In this document: positions 38,828 through 50,015 of the stretch, in pieces
How the letters are laid out: each line of letters begins with the position of its first letter
Position numbering within the stretch: the stretch's first letter is position 1
NCBI GenBank assembly: GCA_035643775.1
Contig: DASQPV010000016.1
Span: 90,529 to 154,528 of the forward strand
Length of the DNA: 64,000 nucleotides
DNA from: Candidatus Angelobacter sp.
Lineage (GTDB): Bacteria; Bacteroidota; Bacteroidia; Flavobacteriales; Blattabacteriaceae
Direction of reading: 5' to 3'
Notes under the pieces: generated by a model
The model's input: the letters and a program-made list of their open reading frames with translations, nothing else
The model's database searches: none
Told to the model about the DNA's origin: nothing
Translations under genes and position numbers: made by a program

Positions 38828-39170
38828 AACGAAAAAAAAGAGTAAATCCCTTGTTCTAGATTCTTGCCCCCAAAAAAAAGGAGTATGTACACGGGTCTAC
38901 ACAACTACTCCTAAAAAACCTAACTCAGCAATGAGGAAAGTCTGTAGAGTAAGATTAACTAATGGAAAAGAAGTAATTGCTTACATTAGAGGTGAAGGGC
39001 ATAATCTAATGGAGCATTCTATAGTTTTAGTTAGCGGAGGGAAGATTGCTAGAGATCTTCCAGGAGTTAGACTTCATGTAGAGCGTGGTTGTTTAGATAC
39101 AGAAGGTGTATCTAAACGAAAAAAAAGTAGAAGCAAATATGGAACCAAACGTACTAAAGAAAAAAAATAA
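38787..39170 (+). CDS. rpsL: 30S ribosomal protein S12
   Basis: Internal ATG of track ORF 38751..39170. [12 protein letters not shown] start, plus [21 protein letters not shown]. Confidence 0.95.
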   Translation: MPTIQQLIRKGRNKTKKKSKSLVLDSCPQKKGVCTRVYTTTPKKPNSAMRKVCRVRLTNGKEVIAYIRGEGHNLMEHSIVLVSGGKIARDLPGVRLHVERGCLDTEGVSKRKKSRSKYGTKRTKEKK

Positions 39171-39672
39171 ATCATTTATCTATCAAAAAGATTATTTAAG
39201 AAAATTAAAAATTAGAAAAAAAACATATTTACCGGATTCTAAATTCAATGACCCCTTAGTTACTCGCTTTGTTAGTCATATTATTAAAAAGGGAAAAAAA
39301 ACCTTAGCATATAAGATATTTTATGATTCTATGAAAAGCATAGATTTAAATAAAGGAAATCAAAAAATGGGAGCATTAGAAATTTGGAAAGAAGCTTTAA
39401 AAAATGTTATGCCTCATGTTGAAATAAAAGCTCGTCGTGTTGGAGGATCCAATATACAAATTCCTGTTATTCTACCTTCAGAAATTAAGATAACCAGAGC
39501 TATCAAATATTTAATTGAATCTGCAAGAAAAAGAAAAGGAAAGTCTATGGCAGATAGATTAGCTATCGAAAGTATAGCTGCGTCAAAAGGTGAAGGAATG
39601 GCCGTTAAGAGTAAAGAAAATCTACAAAAAATGGCTGAGGCAAATAAAGCATTTTCACATTTTAGATTTTGA
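39139..39672 (+). CDS. rpsG: 30S ribosomal protein S7 (start uncertain)
   Basis: [24 protein letters not shown] and the rest are typical S7. The codon at the canonical start position (39196) is TTA. The nearest in-frame ATG is 39139, inside the rpsL 3' end. An ATC at 39178 is a possible near-cognate start. Confidence 0.85.
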   Translation: MEPNVLKKKNKSFIYQKDYLRKLKIRKKTYLPDSKFNDPLVTRFVSHIIKKGKKTLAYKIFYDSMKSIDLNKGNQKMGALEIWKEALKNVMPHVEIKARRVGGSNIQIPVILPSEIKITRAIKYLIESARKRKGKSMADRLAIESIAASKGEGMAVKSKENLQKMAEANKAFSHFRF

Positions 39673-39687
39673 TGATTCTATTTTTTA

Positions 39688-41787
39688 ATGGAAAAAATAC
39701 TAAAATATACAAGGAATATAGGAATAGCTGCACATATCGATGCAGGAAAGACAACAACAACAGAACGTATTCTTTTCTATGCTGGAATTACGCATAAAAT
39801 AGGGGAAGTCCATAATGGAGAAGCTACTATGGATTGGATGGAACAAGAACAAGAAAGAGGAATTACGATAACTTCAGCAGCCACTCGTTGTGAATGGCTG
39901 TATAGTGAAAAAAAATATAAAATCAATATAATTGACACTCCAGGTCATGTAGATTTTACTGTTGAAGTGGAAAGATCTCTACGGGTGTTAGATGGGATTA
40001 TTGCACTTTTTAGTGCAGTAGAAGGAGTTGAACCTCAATCAGAAACTATTTGGAGCCAAGCGAATAAATATCGTATCCCTCGCATCGGATTCGTTAATAA
40101 AATGGATCGTAAGGGATCTGATTTCTTTGAAGTTTGTCGTCAAGTAAAAGAAATTCTTGGAGGAGAGCCTTTGCTTTTGCAAATACCAATAGGTAGGGAA
40201 GAGTATTTTGAGGGCGTAGTTGATTTAATTTCTAATAAGGCTTTAGTATGGAATGAAGATGATTTTGGTATGACTTATAAAGAAATTCCAGTTCCTATAA
40301 ATTTAAAAAAAAAGGTTAAAGAATATCGTAGAATACTTTTAGAGAAGATTGTCGAATACAATGAATCTTTAATGGAGAAATTTTTTGAAGATCAAAATTC
40401 TTTATCAGAAGAGGAAATTATTTCAACGGTAACAAGAGCTACAATTAACATGAATATAACGCCAATGTTATGTGGCTCCTCTTTTAAAAACAAGGGAGTA
40501 CAATGCGTATTAAATGCAATATGTCAATTTCTTCCTTCTCCACTTGATAGGAAAGAAATTATTGGAAAGAATCCAAAAAATGAAAAAGAAGAAAAGCGGA
40601 GCCCCGGAAATAATCAACCTTTTTCAGCATTGGCTTTCAAAATTTCTACAGATCCATACGTAGGTCGTTTAGCCTTTATTCGTGTTTATTCAGGGACTCT
40701 TTATGCAGGTTCTCATGTTCTGAACTCCCGTTCCGGAAGTAGAGAACGCATATCTAGAATATATCAAATGCATGCTAATAAGCAAAATCCAATTGAAAAT
40801 ATTGAATCAGGTGATATTGGAGCTGTCGTTGGTTTTAAAGATATTAAGACTGGAGATACTCTTTGTAATGAGAATTATCCCATTGTTTTAGACAGTATAT
40901 CCTTTCCTGATCCAGTGATAGGTTTAGCTATCGAACCTAAGTCTAAAGCTGATCAAGATAAGATGAATTTAGCTCTTTCTAAATTATCAGAAGAAGATCC
41001 TACTTTTCAGGTACGTAACGATTTATCAACCGGTCAAACAATCATTTCTGGAATGGGGGAACTTCATTTAGAGATTCTAATTGATAGAATGAAGCGAGAA
41101 TTTAAAGTAGAAGTTAATCCAGGAAAACCTCAAGTTGAGTATAAAGAATCTTTAACTTCTACGGTTCATCATCGAGAGGTGTATAAAAAGCAAACAGGAG
41201 GACGTGGAAAATTTGCAGACATTATTTTTTATTTAGGACCAACTGAAAAAGGAGAATCTGGCTTAGTATTTGTAAATAAGGTGAAAGGGGGAAATATTCC
41301 GAAAGAATTCATTCTATCTATTGAGAAAGGATTTAGGGAGGCAATGAAAAATGGTCCTTTAGCTGGGTATGAAGTAGATTCTATGAAACTTACTTTGATA
41401 GATGGTTCACATCATCCAGTAGATTCAGATCAGCTTTCTTTTGAACTCGCTGCTAAAATAGGATTTAAAGAATCTGCAAAAAATGCTAATCCCATTCTTT
41501 TAGAACCTATTATGAAGTTAGAAATTGTTTCACCCGAAGTAAATATTGGAGATATTGTTGGAGACATTAACCGACGTAGAGGAATAATGCAAGGCGTAGA
41601 AGATAAAAATAATACTAAGATAATTAAAGCTAAAGTTCCTCTATCAGAAATGTTTGGTTATGTAACTTCTCTTCGTACTCTTTCTTCTGGACGAGCTATA
41701 TCCACTATGGAATTTTCTCATTATGAAAAGGTTCCATTCAACATATCTGAAAAAATAATCGAAAAATCAAAAGTAAATAGAATATGA
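39688..41787 (+). CDS. fusA: translation elongation factor G
   Basis: 699 aa. Motifs [33 protein letters not shown]. Confidence 0.98.
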   Translation: MEKILKYTRNIGIAAHIDAGKTTTTERILFYAGITHKIGEVHNGEATMDWMEQEQERGITITSAATRCEWLYSEKKYKINIIDTPGHVDFTVEVERSLRVLDGIIALFSAVEGVEPQSETIWSQANKYRIPRIGFVNKMDRKGSDFFEVCRQVKEILGGEPLLLQIPIGREEYFEGVVDLISNKALVWNEDDFGMTYKEIPVPINLKKKVKEYRRILLEKIVEYNESLMEKFFEDQNSLSEEEIISTVTRATINMNITPMLCGSSFKNKGVQCVLNAICQFLPSPLDRKEIIGKNPKNEKEEKRSPGNNQPFSALAFKISTDPYVGRLAFIRVYSGTLYAGSHVLNSRSGSRERISRIYQMHANKQNPIENIESGDIGAVVGFKDIKTGDTLCNENYPIVLDSISFPDPVIGLAIEPKSKADQDKMNLALSKLSEEDPTFQVRNDLSTGQTIISGMGELHLEILIDRMKREFKVEVNPGKPQVEYKESLTSTVHHREVYKKQTGGRGKFADIIFYLGPTEKGESGLVFVNKVKGGNIPKEFILSIEKGFREAMKNGPLAGYEVDSMKLTLIDGSHHPVDSDQLSFELAAKIGFKESAKNANPILLEPIMKLEIVSPEVNIGDIVGDINRRRGIMQGVEDKNNTKIIKAKVPLSEMFGYVTSLRTLSSGRAISTMEFSHYEKVPFNISEKIIEKSKVNRI

Positions 41788-42089
41788 ATAAAAAAATTAA
41801 AATAAAATTGCAGTCATATGATCATATATTGCTAGATACATATACTAATAAAATTTTAAAAACTGCATTATGTTCTGGATCTATTATTCATGGCCCTATT
41901 CCCTTACCTACTAAAAAAAAAATTTATACTGTTTTGCGTTCTCCACATGTTAATAAAAAATCTAGGGAACAGTACTTATTGCCCAAACATAGGAGATATT
42001 TAGAAATAGTTAACGCTAATTCTATAACTGTTGAAGCAATGATGAAAATAGAATTGTATAGCGGAGTTGAAATTGAAATTAAAGTTTAA
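41784..42089 (+). CDS. rpsJ: 30S ribosomal protein S10
   Basis: 101 aa. Contains [10 protein letters not shown] and [31 protein letters not shown] overlap with fusA. Confidence 0.95.
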   Translation: MNKKIKIKLQSYDHILLDTYTNKILKTALCSGSIIHGPIPLPTKKKIYTVLRSPHVNKKSREQYLLPKHRRYLEIVNANSITVEAMMKIELYSGVEIEIKV

Positions 42090-42108
42090 GCATCTATTAA
42101 TTTTTTTT

Positions 42109-42738
42109 ATGAAAGGTATAATAGGTAAAAACATTGGAATGACCAGTTTATTTGATGAACAAGGGAGAAACATCCCTTCTACAGTTATAGAAGCTGGTCC
42201 TTGCTCAATTGTTCAGATAAAAACACTTGAAAAAGACGGATATTCTTCGATTCAGTTAGGATTTGAAGATAAAAATAAAAAAAACATCAGTAAATCTTTA
42301 CTAGGACATTTTAAAAAAGCAAATGTCTATCCAAAGAAAAAAATAGCAGAATTCTATGTAAATAAATGCGATAAATTAAGATTAGGAGAAAAAATTACTG
42401 TAAACTCCTTTAATGTAGGAGAATTTGTCGATGTAACAGGATTTTCCAAAGGAAGGGGCTTTCAAGGAGTAGTTAAGCGACATGGTTTTTCTGGGGTAGG
42501 GGAAAGAACACACGGTCAACATAATAGACTTAGAGCTCCAGGCTCTATTGGAGCTGGATCAGATCCATCACGGGTATTTAAGGGGGTTAGAATGTCTGGT
42601 AAAATGGGAAATAGAAGGGTTACAGTAAAAAATCTCAGAATACTAAAAATAGACTTGGAAAAAAATCTTCTAATTGTTAAAGGTTCAGTTCCTGGAACTA
42701 AATATTCCTACTTAATTCTTAAAAAATATGGAGGTTAA
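42109..42738 (+). CDS. rplC: 50S ribosomal protein L3
   Basis: Internal ATG of track ORF 42067..42738. [19 protein letters not shown] start, plus [11 protein letters not shown]. Confidence 0.94.
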   Translation: MKGIIGKNIGMTSLFDEQGRNIPSTVIEAGPCSIVQIKTLEKDGYSSIQLGFEDKNKKNISKSLLGHFKKANVYPKKKIAEFYVNKCDKLRLGEKITVNSFNVGEFVDVTGFSKGRGFQGVVKRHGFSGVGERTHGQHNRLRAPGSIGAGSDPSRVFKGVRMSGKMGNRRVTVKNLRILKIDLEKNLLIVKGSVPGTKYSYLILKKYGG

Positions 42739-43354
42739 AGTTTTTGATATAAATGGAAAAGAAACAGGACGTAATGTAATTTTGCAGGACCAGGTTTTTG
42801 GGATAAATCCTAATACTCATGCTATTAGCATGGAAATAAAGAGATATTTATCTGCACAACGTCAAGGAACACATAAAACTAAAGAACGGAGTGAAGTTTC
42901 TGGTAGTACTAGAAAGTTACATCGTCAAAAAGGAACAGGAGGTTCTAGAAAAGGAGATATAAATAATCCTTTATTTAGAGGAGGAGGGAGAGTTTTTGGC
43001 CCTAGTCCAAAGAAATACCTATTTAAATTGAATAAATCATTTAAAAAATTGGCTAAACGTTCTATCCTAAGTCAAAGATTGAAAGAAGGTAAATTAAAAG
43101 TAATAGAAAATTTTTTACTAAAAAATCCAAAAACTAAGCTATTTTTAGGTATATTGAGTTTACTCAATCTAAGGAAAAAAAAGGTTTTGATGGTTTATGG
43201 AAAACCAAATAAAAATTTATTTCTTTCTTCTAGAAATCTAAAAAAGATTAAATTAGCAACCTATAATGAGGTAAGCAGTTATGATCTGTTAAATGCTTCG
43301 AACATTTTATTAATGGAAGATTCACTTGAAGAAGTCCATAAAAATTTAATGTAA
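42728..43354 (+). CDS. rplD: 50S ribosomal protein L4
   Basis: 208 aa. Contains [31 protein letters not shown]. Confidence 0.94.
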   Translation: MEVKVFDINGKETGRNVILQDQVFGINPNTHAISMEIKRYLSAQRQGTHKTKERSEVSGSTRKLHRQKGTGGSRKGDINNPLFRGGGRVFGPSPKKYLFKLNKSFKKLAKRSILSQRLKEGKLKVIENFLLKNPKTKLFLGILSLLNLRKKKVLMVYGKPNKNLFLSSRNLKKIKLATYNEVSSYDLLNASNILLMEDSLEEVHKNLM

Positions 43355-43367
43355 GTATTTTTGTTTT

Positions 43368-43625
43368 ATGATTTTAATTAAATATTGGATTACAGAGAAA
43401 TCTGTATATATTGGAAATTTAGGGGCTTTTTACACTTTCTTAGTAAATCCTAATTCTAACAAAATTAAAATTAAAAATGAAATATCCAACTTGTATAATG
43501 TTACTGTTAAACGAGTAAGAACCTTCGGATGCTTGAAGCATCGATATGATCGACGTAACAAAATAAAAAAGGCTTTAGTAGAGCTTAAAAAAGGAGAGAT
43601 TCTTAATATGAGAAGAAAGAGATAA
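43368..43625 (+). CDS. rplW: 50S ribosomal protein L23
   Basis: 85 aa. Assigned by its position between rplD and rplB and by the L23-like pattern ITEKS..FLV. Confidence 0.85.
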   Translation: MILIKYWITEKSVYIGNLGAFYTFLVNPNSNKIKIKNEISNLYNVTVKRVRTFGCLKHRYDRRNKIKKALVELKKGEILNMRRKR

Positions 43626-43648
43626 AAGAAGAAAAAAAAAATAATAAT

Positions 43649-44467
43649 ATGTCAGTAAAAAGACTTAAACCAACTACTCCATCTCAGAGATTTAAAGTAT
43701 TGAATAGCTTTAAGGAAATCACTTGCTGTACTCCAGAAAAGTCTCTGACTAAAGGAATACGGAAGAGGGGAGGGAGAAATAATTCTGGTAAAATGACTAT
43801 TCGTAATGTTGGGGGAGGGCAGAAGAGAAAATATAGGAAGATTGATTATCAAAGAAATAAATTTGGAATTCCTGCTAAAGTGAAAACTATTGAATATGAT
43901 CCTAATAGATCTTCTTTTATATCTTTATTGTTTTATGCTGATGGTGAAAAAAGATATATTATTACTACAGAGGGTATCCATATTGGACAAAAAGTAATCT
44001 CTGGAAAAGAGATGGCTCCTAATTTAGGAAACGCTCTTCCTTTGTCTCAAATACCGCTTGGAGCGTTAATTTCTTGCATAGAATTAAATCCTGGAAAAGG
44101 TGCAGTTTTTGCTAGGAGTGCAGGTTCATATGCACAATTATCTTCTAAAGAAGGAAAATACGCTACCGTTAAATTACCTTCAGGTGAAATTAGAAGGATT
44201 CTTGCTTCTTGCCTTGCTACTTTAGGTTCTGTATCTAACTCAGATCATCAGTTGGTTAGATCAGGAAAAGCAGGAAGATCACGTAATTTAGGAAGGAGAC
44301 CTCGTGTTAGAGGTGTAGCAATGAATCCTGTTGATCATCCAATGGGTGGGGGAGAAGGTAAAGCTTCAGGTGGACATCCACGTAGTAGAAATGGGTTATA
44401 TTCCAAAGGATTAAGAACTAAATCTATTCGATACCAAAAATATTTTATTGAGCAAAATAAAAAGTAA
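43649..44467 (+). CDS. rplB: 50S ribosomal protein L2
   Basis: 272 aa. Motifs [35 protein letters not shown]. Confidence 0.97.
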   Translation: MSVKRLKPTTPSQRFKVLNSFKEITCCTPEKSLTKGIRKRGGRNNSGKMTIRNVGGGQKRKYRKIDYQRNKFGIPAKVKTIEYDPNRSSFISLLFYADGEKRYIITTEGIHIGQKVISGKEMAPNLGNALPLSQIPLGALISCIELNPGKGAVFARSAGSYAQLSSKEGKYATVKLPSGEIRRILASCLATLGSVSNSDHQLVRSGKAGRSRNLGRRPRVRGVAMNPVDHPMGGGEGKASGGHPRSRNGLYSKGLRTKSIRYQKYFIEQNKK

Positions 44468-44478
44468 GTATAAAAATT

Positions 44479-44775
44479 ATGGCACGTTCTTTAAAAAAAG
44501 GTCCGTTTGTATTTTACAAATTAATAGAAAAAGTTCTTTCAAATAAGAAATACGGAAAAAAAGTTTTGATCAAAACTTGGTCTAGATCTTCTACAATTAT
44601 TCCTGAATTTGTTGGTCAAACTTTTGCTGTGCATAATGGTAAAAAACATATACCAGTATATATAACGGAGAACATGGTTGGGCATAAGCTAGGAGAGTTT
44701 TCTCCGACTAGAATATTTCGTGGTCATTCAGGATCAAAAACTAGATCTAGTAAGATGAAAAAATTAAAAAAATAA
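44479..44775 (+). CDS. rpsS: 30S ribosomal protein S19
   Basis: 98 aa. [11 protein letters not shown] start, plus [24 protein letters not shown]. Confidence 0.96.
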   Translation: MARSLKKGPFVFYKLIEKVLSNKKYGKKVLIKTWSRSSTIIPEFVGQTFAVHNGKKHIPVYITENMVGHKLGEFSPTRIFRGHSGSKTRSSKMKKLKK

Positions 44776-44781
44776 AAAAAA

Positions 44782-45174
44782 ATGGGCATTAGAAAGAAAA
44801 AAAGTTCCGAAGAACGGAAGAAAAAAAAAATAGTATATGCTTCTTTGAGAAGTAATCCAATATCTCCTCGTAAAATGCGTTCTGTAGTAGATCTTATTAG
44901 AGGTGTAGGAATAGAGAGCGCTTTAGGTATTTTGGAATACAACAAAAAAAAGGCCTCTTACTATTTGAGGAAACTTTTGTTTTCAGCTTTAGCTAATTGG
45001 AAAATGAAAAACAAAGACATTAGCGAAGAATATTTGTACGTTAAAGAAATTAACGTGGATAATTCGTACTTTTTGAAAAGGCAACGTCCTGTACCTCAGG
45101 GACAAGGCCACCAAATAAGAAAAAGGTTTAATCACGTTAGTGTTCAAATAGAAAATAGAAAATATGGGGAATAA
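44782..45174 (+). CDS. rplV: 50S ribosomal protein L22
   Basis: 130 aa. Contains [15 protein letters not shown]. Sits in the conserved slot between rpsS and rpsC. Confidence 0.92.
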   Translation: MGIRKKKSSEERKKKKIVYASLRSNPISPRKMRSVVDLIRGVGIESALGILEYNKKKASYYLRKLLFSALANWKMKNKDISEEYLYVKEINVDNSYFLKRQRPVPQGQGHQIRKRFNHVSVQIENRKYGE

Positions 45175-45823
45175 AACAAATCCTATATCTAATAGATTAG
45201 GTATCATTACTGGGTGGAAATCTAGTTGGTTTGGACTTTATCCAGAAAGGATACAAGAAGATTACAAAATAAGAAAACACATCGAAGCATCTTTATTAAA
45301 AGTAATCGTTTCCCTCATTTACATAGAGAGGCGCCCTAAATTTCTAACCGTTACTATTTTTACTTCTCGTCCTTCTTTAGTTATAGGAAAAGGGGGAGAG
45401 GAAGTGGATAAGTTAAGAAGAGAGTTAAAAGTAATAACAAAAAAAAAATATATTCAAGTTAATATACATGAAGTTAAACGACCTGAGTTAGATGCTCGTT
45501 TAATAGCTAAGAATGTTGCAAGTCAGATAGAGAAAAGAGTTTCGTTTAAGAAAGTAATTAAACAGGCCGTTTATGCGGCTATGCGGATGAATGAGGAGAA
45601 TAACGTGTATGGTATAAAAATCCAAGTTTCTGGCCGTTTAAATGGAGCTGAAATTGCCCGAACTGAATATTGCAAAGAGGGTAAAATTTCTCTTTCTACT
45701 TTCCGAATGGATATTGATTATGCAACAGCAGAAGCTCATACTACATATGGTAGAATAGGGATTAAAGTTTGGATAAATAAAGGGGAAGTTTATGGGAAAA
45801 GAGAATTATCAACCATTATCTGA
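45164..45823 (+). CDS. rpsC: 30S ribosomal protein S3
   Basis: 219 aa. [14 protein letters not shown] start, KH domain GKGGEEV, and [10 protein letters not shown]. Confidence 0.95.
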   Translation: MGNKTNPISNRLGIITGWKSSWFGLYPERIQEDYKIRKHIEASLLKVIVSLIYIERRPKFLTVTIFTSRPSLVIGKGGEEVDKLRRELKVITKKKYIQVNIHEVKRPELDARLIAKNVASQIEKRVSFKKVIKQAVYAAMRMNEENNVYGIKIQVSGRLNGAEIARTEYCKEGKISLSTFRMDIDYATAEAHTTYGRIGIKVWINKGEVYGKRELSTII

Positions 45824-45830
45824 TTGACTT

Positions 45831-46265
45831 ATGTTGCAACCTAAAAAGACTAAATATAATAAAAAACAAAAAGGAAGGATAAAAGGAAAAGCAATTAGGG
45901 GAACTCAACTTTCATATGGAATTTATGCTATTAAAGCGTTGAGGTCAACTTTGTTAACCTCACGTCAAATAGAAGCTGCACGAATAGCTGCTACTAGATA
46001 TATGAAAAGAGAAGGAAAGTTAATCATTCGGATTTTCCCTGATAAACCAATTACAAAAAAGCCTCAAGAAGTTAGAATGGGGAAGGGTAAGGGATCTGTA
46101 GAATTTTGGGCAGCAGTAGTTAAACCAGGCAGGATTCTTTTCGAAGTTGATGGAGTTGATCTAAAAACAGCTAAAGAAGCTCTTCGCTTGGCTGCTCATA
46201 AATTACCTATAAAGACGAAATTTATTATTTCGTATAACATATTAAAATATGAAAAGAAATTCTAG
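45831..46265 (+). CDS. rplP: 50S ribosomal protein L16
   Basis: 144 aa. [16 protein letters not shown] start, plus [12 protein letters not shown]. Confidence 0.95.
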   Translation: MLQPKKTKYNKKQKGRIKGKAIRGTQLSYGIYAIKALRSTLLTSRQIEAARIAATRYMKREGKLIIRIFPDKPITKKPQEVRMGKGKGSVEFWAAVVKPGRILFEVDGVDLKTAKEALRLAAHKLPIKTKFIISYNILKYEKKF

Positions 46266-46524
46266 AAAAGAAAGAATAGGGATAGTTTTAAAAAATAGAA
46301 TGAATAAGACTATCATAGTTTATGATGAGAAAAGGATAAATCATCCCAGATATGGAAAAGGTCTTTTTAAAACAAAAAAATACACTGTACATGATGAAGA
46401 AAATATTGCTAATAAGGATGATATTGTAAGAATTATGGAAACTAGACCTCTTAGCAAAAAGAAACGTTGGAGATTAATAAAAATTGAGAAAAAATGTTTC
46501 AACAAGAATCTAGACTTAGAGTAG
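46249..46524 (+). CDS. rpsQ: 30S ribosomal protein S17
   Basis: 91 aa. Contains [19 protein letters not shown] and [15 protein letters not shown]. Overlaps both the rplP 3' end and the rplN 5' end. Confidence 0.93.
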   Translation: MKRNSRKERIGIVLKNRMNKTIIVYDEKRINHPRYGKGLFKTKKYTVHDEENIANKDDIVRIMETRPLSKKKRWRLIKIEKKCFNKNLDLE

Positions 46525-46862
46525 CAGATAATACAGGAGCTAAGATTGCGTTAATTATTCGTGTGCTAGGTGGAAGTAAAAAAAGATATGCCTATATAGG
46601 AGATTCTATTATGGTTTCTGTGAAAGAAGCTTCTTCTAAAGGAAGTGTAAAAGAAGGGCAGGTTTCGAAAGCTGTAATTGTTCGAACAAAAGAAAAAATA
46701 CGAAGAAGTGATGGATCTTACATTAACTTCGATGATAATGCGTGCATACTTTTACATGCTTCCGGCGAAATGCGAGGAACTAGAGTATTTGGCCCGGTAG
46801 CTAGAGAATTAAGGAAAAAAGAATATATGAAAATTATTTCACTTGCCACTGAAGTACTTTGA
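46494..46862 (+). CDS. rplN: 50S ribosomal protein L14
   Basis: 122 aa. [17 protein letters not shown] start. Confidence 0.96.
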   Translation: MFQQESRLRVADNTGAKIALIIRVLGGSKKRYAYIGDSIMVSVKEASSKGSVKEGQVSKAVIVRTKEKIRRSDGSYINFDDNACILLHASGEMRGTRVFGPVARELRKKEYMKIISLATEVL

Positions 46863-46879
46863 CTAAAAAAATATTTTCA

Positions 46880-47431
46880 ATGAACTATTTTCCAAGACTT
46901 AAGATCTTATACGAAGAAAAAATTATTCCACTTTTAATGGAAGAGTTTGGGTATCGTTCTTTGATGGAAGTACCAAGACTTAAAAAGGTGGTCCTTAATC
47001 AAGGACTCGGAGCATCTATTTATGATAAAAAAATTTTGGAACATGCTTTAAAAGAAATTACAGCTATATCTGGACAAAAATCAGTTACTTGTTTATCCAA
47101 ACGTGATGAGTCCGGTTTTAAATTACGAAAAAATGTACCCATTGGGTGTAAAGTTACTTTGCGTAATCTTAAAATGTATGAATTTATAGATAGGTTCATT
47201 ACGGTAGCTTTGCCAAGGATTCGAGACTTTAACGGAGTCAAAACTATATTTGACGGAAAAGGAAATTACAACATGGGAATTTTCGAACAAATTATTTTTC
47301 CAGAAATAGATATTGATCATATTAAGAGAATATCAGGAATGAATATTACTTTTGTAACTTCAGCTAAAAGCGATAAAGAGGCAAGGTCTTTATTGTCTTT
47401 TTTGGGGATTCCTTTTAAAAAAAAATTATGA
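46880..47431 (+). CDS. rplE: 50S ribosomal protein L5
   Basis: Internal ATG of track ORF 46859..47431 (which has a TTG start). [25 protein letters not shown] start, plus [15 protein letters not shown]. Confidence 0.94.
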   Translation: MNYFPRLKILYEEKIIPLLMEEFGYRSLMEVPRLKKVVLNQGLGASIYDKKILEHALKEITAISGQKSVTCLSKRDESGFKLRKNVPIGCKVTLRNLKMYEFIDRFITVALPRIRDFNGVKTIFDGKGNYNMGIFEQIIFPEIDIDHIKRISGMNITFVTSAKSDKEARSLLSFLGIPFKKKL

Positions 47432-47443
47432 AAAAAAAATAAT

Positions 47444-47713
47444 ATGGCTAAAGAATCTGTGAAAGCAAGACAAAGAAAAAGAGAAAAAATTGTGCAAAAG
47501 TATGCTAAAAAACGTAAAATCTTAAAAAAATCTATGGATTATGAAGGATTGCAGCGGTTGCCAAAAAATGCTTCTCCTGTTAGATTATGCAATCGATGTT
47601 GTATTTCTGGGAGAAAAAGGGGATATATGAGGGATTTTGGGATTTCTCGTATAAAATTTAGGGAATTAGCATCTCAGGGATTTATACCTGGAGTTAGGAA
47701 GGCCAGTTGGTAA
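47444..47713 (+). CDS. rpsN: 30S ribosomal protein S14
   Basis: 89 aa. [15 protein letters not shown] start, ends GVRKASW. Confidence 0.94.
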   Translation: MAKESVKARQRKREKIVQKYAKKRKILKKSMDYEGLQRLPKNASPVRLCNRCCISGRKRGYMRDFGISRIKFRELASQGFIPGVRKASW

Positions 47714-47726
47714 TTAATAAAAAAAT

Positions 47727-48128
47727 ATGAATATAGATCCTATATCTGATTATTTAACCTGCATTAGGAATGCCTCTAATGCTGGACATAGGATAGTCTC
47801 GATTCCTTCATCCAAGATGAAGAAGGAAATAACTAAGATCTTATTTTATCAAGGATATATTTCCGGATATAAATTTGAAGATGAGATAAAACCTATAAGT
47901 AAGATAAAAATTTATCTTAAATATGACCTAATTACAAAAAATCCCATTATAAGGTCTCTAAAGAGAGTAAGTAAGTCCGGGTTGAGAAAATATTGCGGTT
48001 CTGATAATTTACCTAGTGTTTTGAATGGATTAGGTCTAGCTATTATTTCGACTTCTAAAGGAATAATGACCAATAAAGAAGCCAAAAAAATAAACATAGG
48101 GGGGGAAATTATATGTTATGTATATTGA
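47727..48128 (+). CDS. rpsH: 30S ribosomal protein S8
   Basis: 133 aa. Contains DPISDYLTCIRNA and ISTSKGIMT, ends GGEIICYVY. Confidence 0.95.
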   Translation: MNIDPISDYLTCIRNASNAGHRIVSIPSSKMKKEITKILFYQGYISGYKFEDEIKPISKIKIYLKYDLITKNPIIRSLKRVSKSGLRKYCGSDNLPSVLNGLGLAIISTSKGIMTNKEAKKINIGGEIICYVY

Positions 48129-48140
48129 AATGAATCTATA

Positions 48141-48692
48141 ATGTCTAGAATTGGTAAGCTTACGATTAAAATTCCAAAGGAAGTTATTGTAAAAATAGAG
48201 GAAGAGAGAATAAAGGTTCTAGGAAAATTAGGAGAATTATCTAAAGAGATTCCTAAAAATCTTCAATTAAGTATTGAAGGAGAAATCTTGTTGGTTAGAA
48301 GGTTCAGCAATAACAAGAAGGATCGTGCATTTCATGGTTTATATCGCGCACTAGTAAACAATATGATAATAGGCGTTAAGGAAGGATTTAAAAAAGAACT
48401 TGAATTAGTTGGAGTAGGATACAGAGCATCTGCTAGTGCTAGAGATAATATTCTGGAATTAAATTTGGGTTTTTCACACAACATTATCATCAAATATCCT
48501 TCTGAAATAAAAATAGAAGCTAGAACTGAAAAAGGTAGAAATCCTTTTATTATTCTTACATCTTTTGACAAACAACTTCTTGGAATGGTTTCTTCTAAAA
48601 TTCGTTACCTTAGAAAACCTGAACCATACAAAGGAAAAGGAATAAGATACGTTGGAGAAATTATTCGAAGAAAAACTGGAAAATCAGCTTAA
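48141..48692 (+). CDS. rplF: 50S ribosomal protein L6
   Basis: 183 aa. MSRIGKLTIKIPKEV start, plus PEPYKGKGIRYVGE. Confidence 0.95.
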   Translation: MSRIGKLTIKIPKEVIVKIEEERIKVLGKLGELSKEIPKNLQLSIEGEILLVRRFSNNKKDRAFHGLYRALVNNMIIGVKEGFKKELELVGVGYRASASARDNILELNLGFSHNIIIKYPSEIKIEARTEKGRNPFIILTSFDKQLLGMVSSKIRYLRKPEPYKGKGIRYVGEIIRRKTGKSA

Positions 48693-48695
48693 ATA

Positions 48696-49040
48696 ATGAA
48701 AAAGAAAAGTAGAAAAAAAATAAAAAATAGAATTAGAAAGATTTTTGGAACATCCGAAAGGCCAAGGATTTCTGTATTTAAAAGTAATAAAGAAATTTAT
48801 GCTCAAATTATAGACGATATGAAAGGAATAACTTTGATATCTGTTTCTTCCCGTCAAAAATGTTTTACCTCGTTAAATGGAACAAAAGTCTACTTAGCTG
48901 GAGAAGTTGGGAAAGGTTTAGGGGAAAAAGCTAAAAAGTTAGGGCTTGTAAAAGTCGTTTTTGATAGAAACGGATATTTATATCACGGAAGGATAAAATC
49001 TCTAGCTGAAGGAGCTAGAGAAATGGGTTTGGATTTTTGA
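48696..49040 (+). CDS. rplR: 50S ribosomal protein L18
   Basis: 114 aa. Contains [19 protein letters not shown] and [21 protein letters not shown]. Confidence 0.94.
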   Translation: MKKKSRKKIKNRIRKIFGTSERPRISVFKSNKEIYAQIIDDMKGITLISVSSRQKCFTSLNGTKVYLAGEVGKGLGEKAKKLGLVKVVFDRNGYLYHGRIKSLAEGAREMGLDF

Positions 49041-49042
49041 AT

Positions 49043-49531
49043 ATGCCATTTGAATTTCAAGAAAGGTTAATTTCAGTAAAAAGAATATGTAAAGTAACAA
49101 AAGGTAGAAGATGTTTCAGTTTTAATGCTATTGTAGTTAGGGGAAATGGAAATGGAACTGTGGGATATGGTTTTGGAAAATCTAAAGAAGTTTCTGATGC
49201 TATTTATAAAGCTGGGGAAGATGCTAAAAAAAACCTGGTAAAAATACCCAGAATATCTATTGGTACAATCCCACATGAACAAGAAGCCAAATTTGGAGGG
49301 GTAAGAATTTTTCTTAAACCAGCTTCACCTGGAACAGGAATACTTTCCAGCAGATCAATAAGAGCTGTTTTTGAATTAGCTGGAATTCCAAATATCTTAT
49401 CTAAATCTAAGGGTTCTTCTAATCCTTGCAATATGGTTAAAGCAGCTCTAAAAGCCTTAGTTAAAATGAGAAGTGCTTCTGAAATTTCTAAGGGAAGGGG
49501 AATATCTATCGATAAAATGTACAATGGATAG
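49043..49531 (+). CDS. rpsE: 30S ribosomal protein S5
   Basis: Track ORF 49037..49531 starts at TTG; the ATG two codons later is preferred. Contains VKRICKVTKGRRCFSFNAIVVRGNGNGTVGYGFGKSKEV. Confidence 0.94.
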   Translation: MPFEFQERLISVKRICKVTKGRRCFSFNAIVVRGNGNGTVGYGFGKSKEVSDAIYKAGEDAKKNLVKIPRISIGTIPHEQEAKFGGVRIFLKPASPGTGILSSRSIRAVFELAGIPNILSKSKGSSNPCNMVKAALKALVKMRSASEISKGRGISIDKMYNG

Positions 49532-49550
49532 TTTTTTAATTGTAAAAATT

Positions 49551-50015
49551 ATGAATTTAAGTAGTTTAAACCAAAGCAATAGAAAAAATAAAAAAAAAAG
49601 GTTAGGAAGAGGCCAAGGTTCTGGAAAAGGGGGAACATGTACTCGTGGACATAAAGGAGCAAAGTCTCGTTCTGGAAATTCTAGAAAATTAGGATTCGAA
49701 GGAGGACAGATGCCTTTGCATAGAAGAATCCCAAAAGTAGGATTTAAAAAAACTTTTATAAAAAAGTCTACAGTAATTAATATAGATTTTTTACAGTACT
49801 TGGTAGATAAAGGAAGAATTAAGGAAGGGAAAAACGTATCGAAAAATGTTTTATTAGATTATGGAATAATAGGAAAAAATGATTTAATTAAAATTTTGGG
49901 GAGAGGTGAATTAAATGTAAGACTTACAATATCAGCACATAAGTTTAGTCATAAAGCTGGAACAGCTATTAAAAGATCTGGAGGAAAAATTATTACTATA
50001 TATGACAGGATTTGA
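49551..50015 (+). CDS. rplO: 50S ribosomal protein L15
   Basis: Internal ATG of track ORF 49473..50015. MNLSSLN start, plus RLGRGQGSGKGGTCTRGHKG. Confidence 0.93.
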   Translation: MNLSSLNQSNRKNKKKRLGRGQGSGKGGTCTRGHKGAKSRSGNSRKLGFEGGQMPLHRRIPKVGFKKTFIKKSTVINIDFLQYLVDKGRIKEGKNVSKNVLLDYGIIGKNDLIKILGRGELNVRLTISAHKFSHKAGTAIKRSGGKIITIYDRI

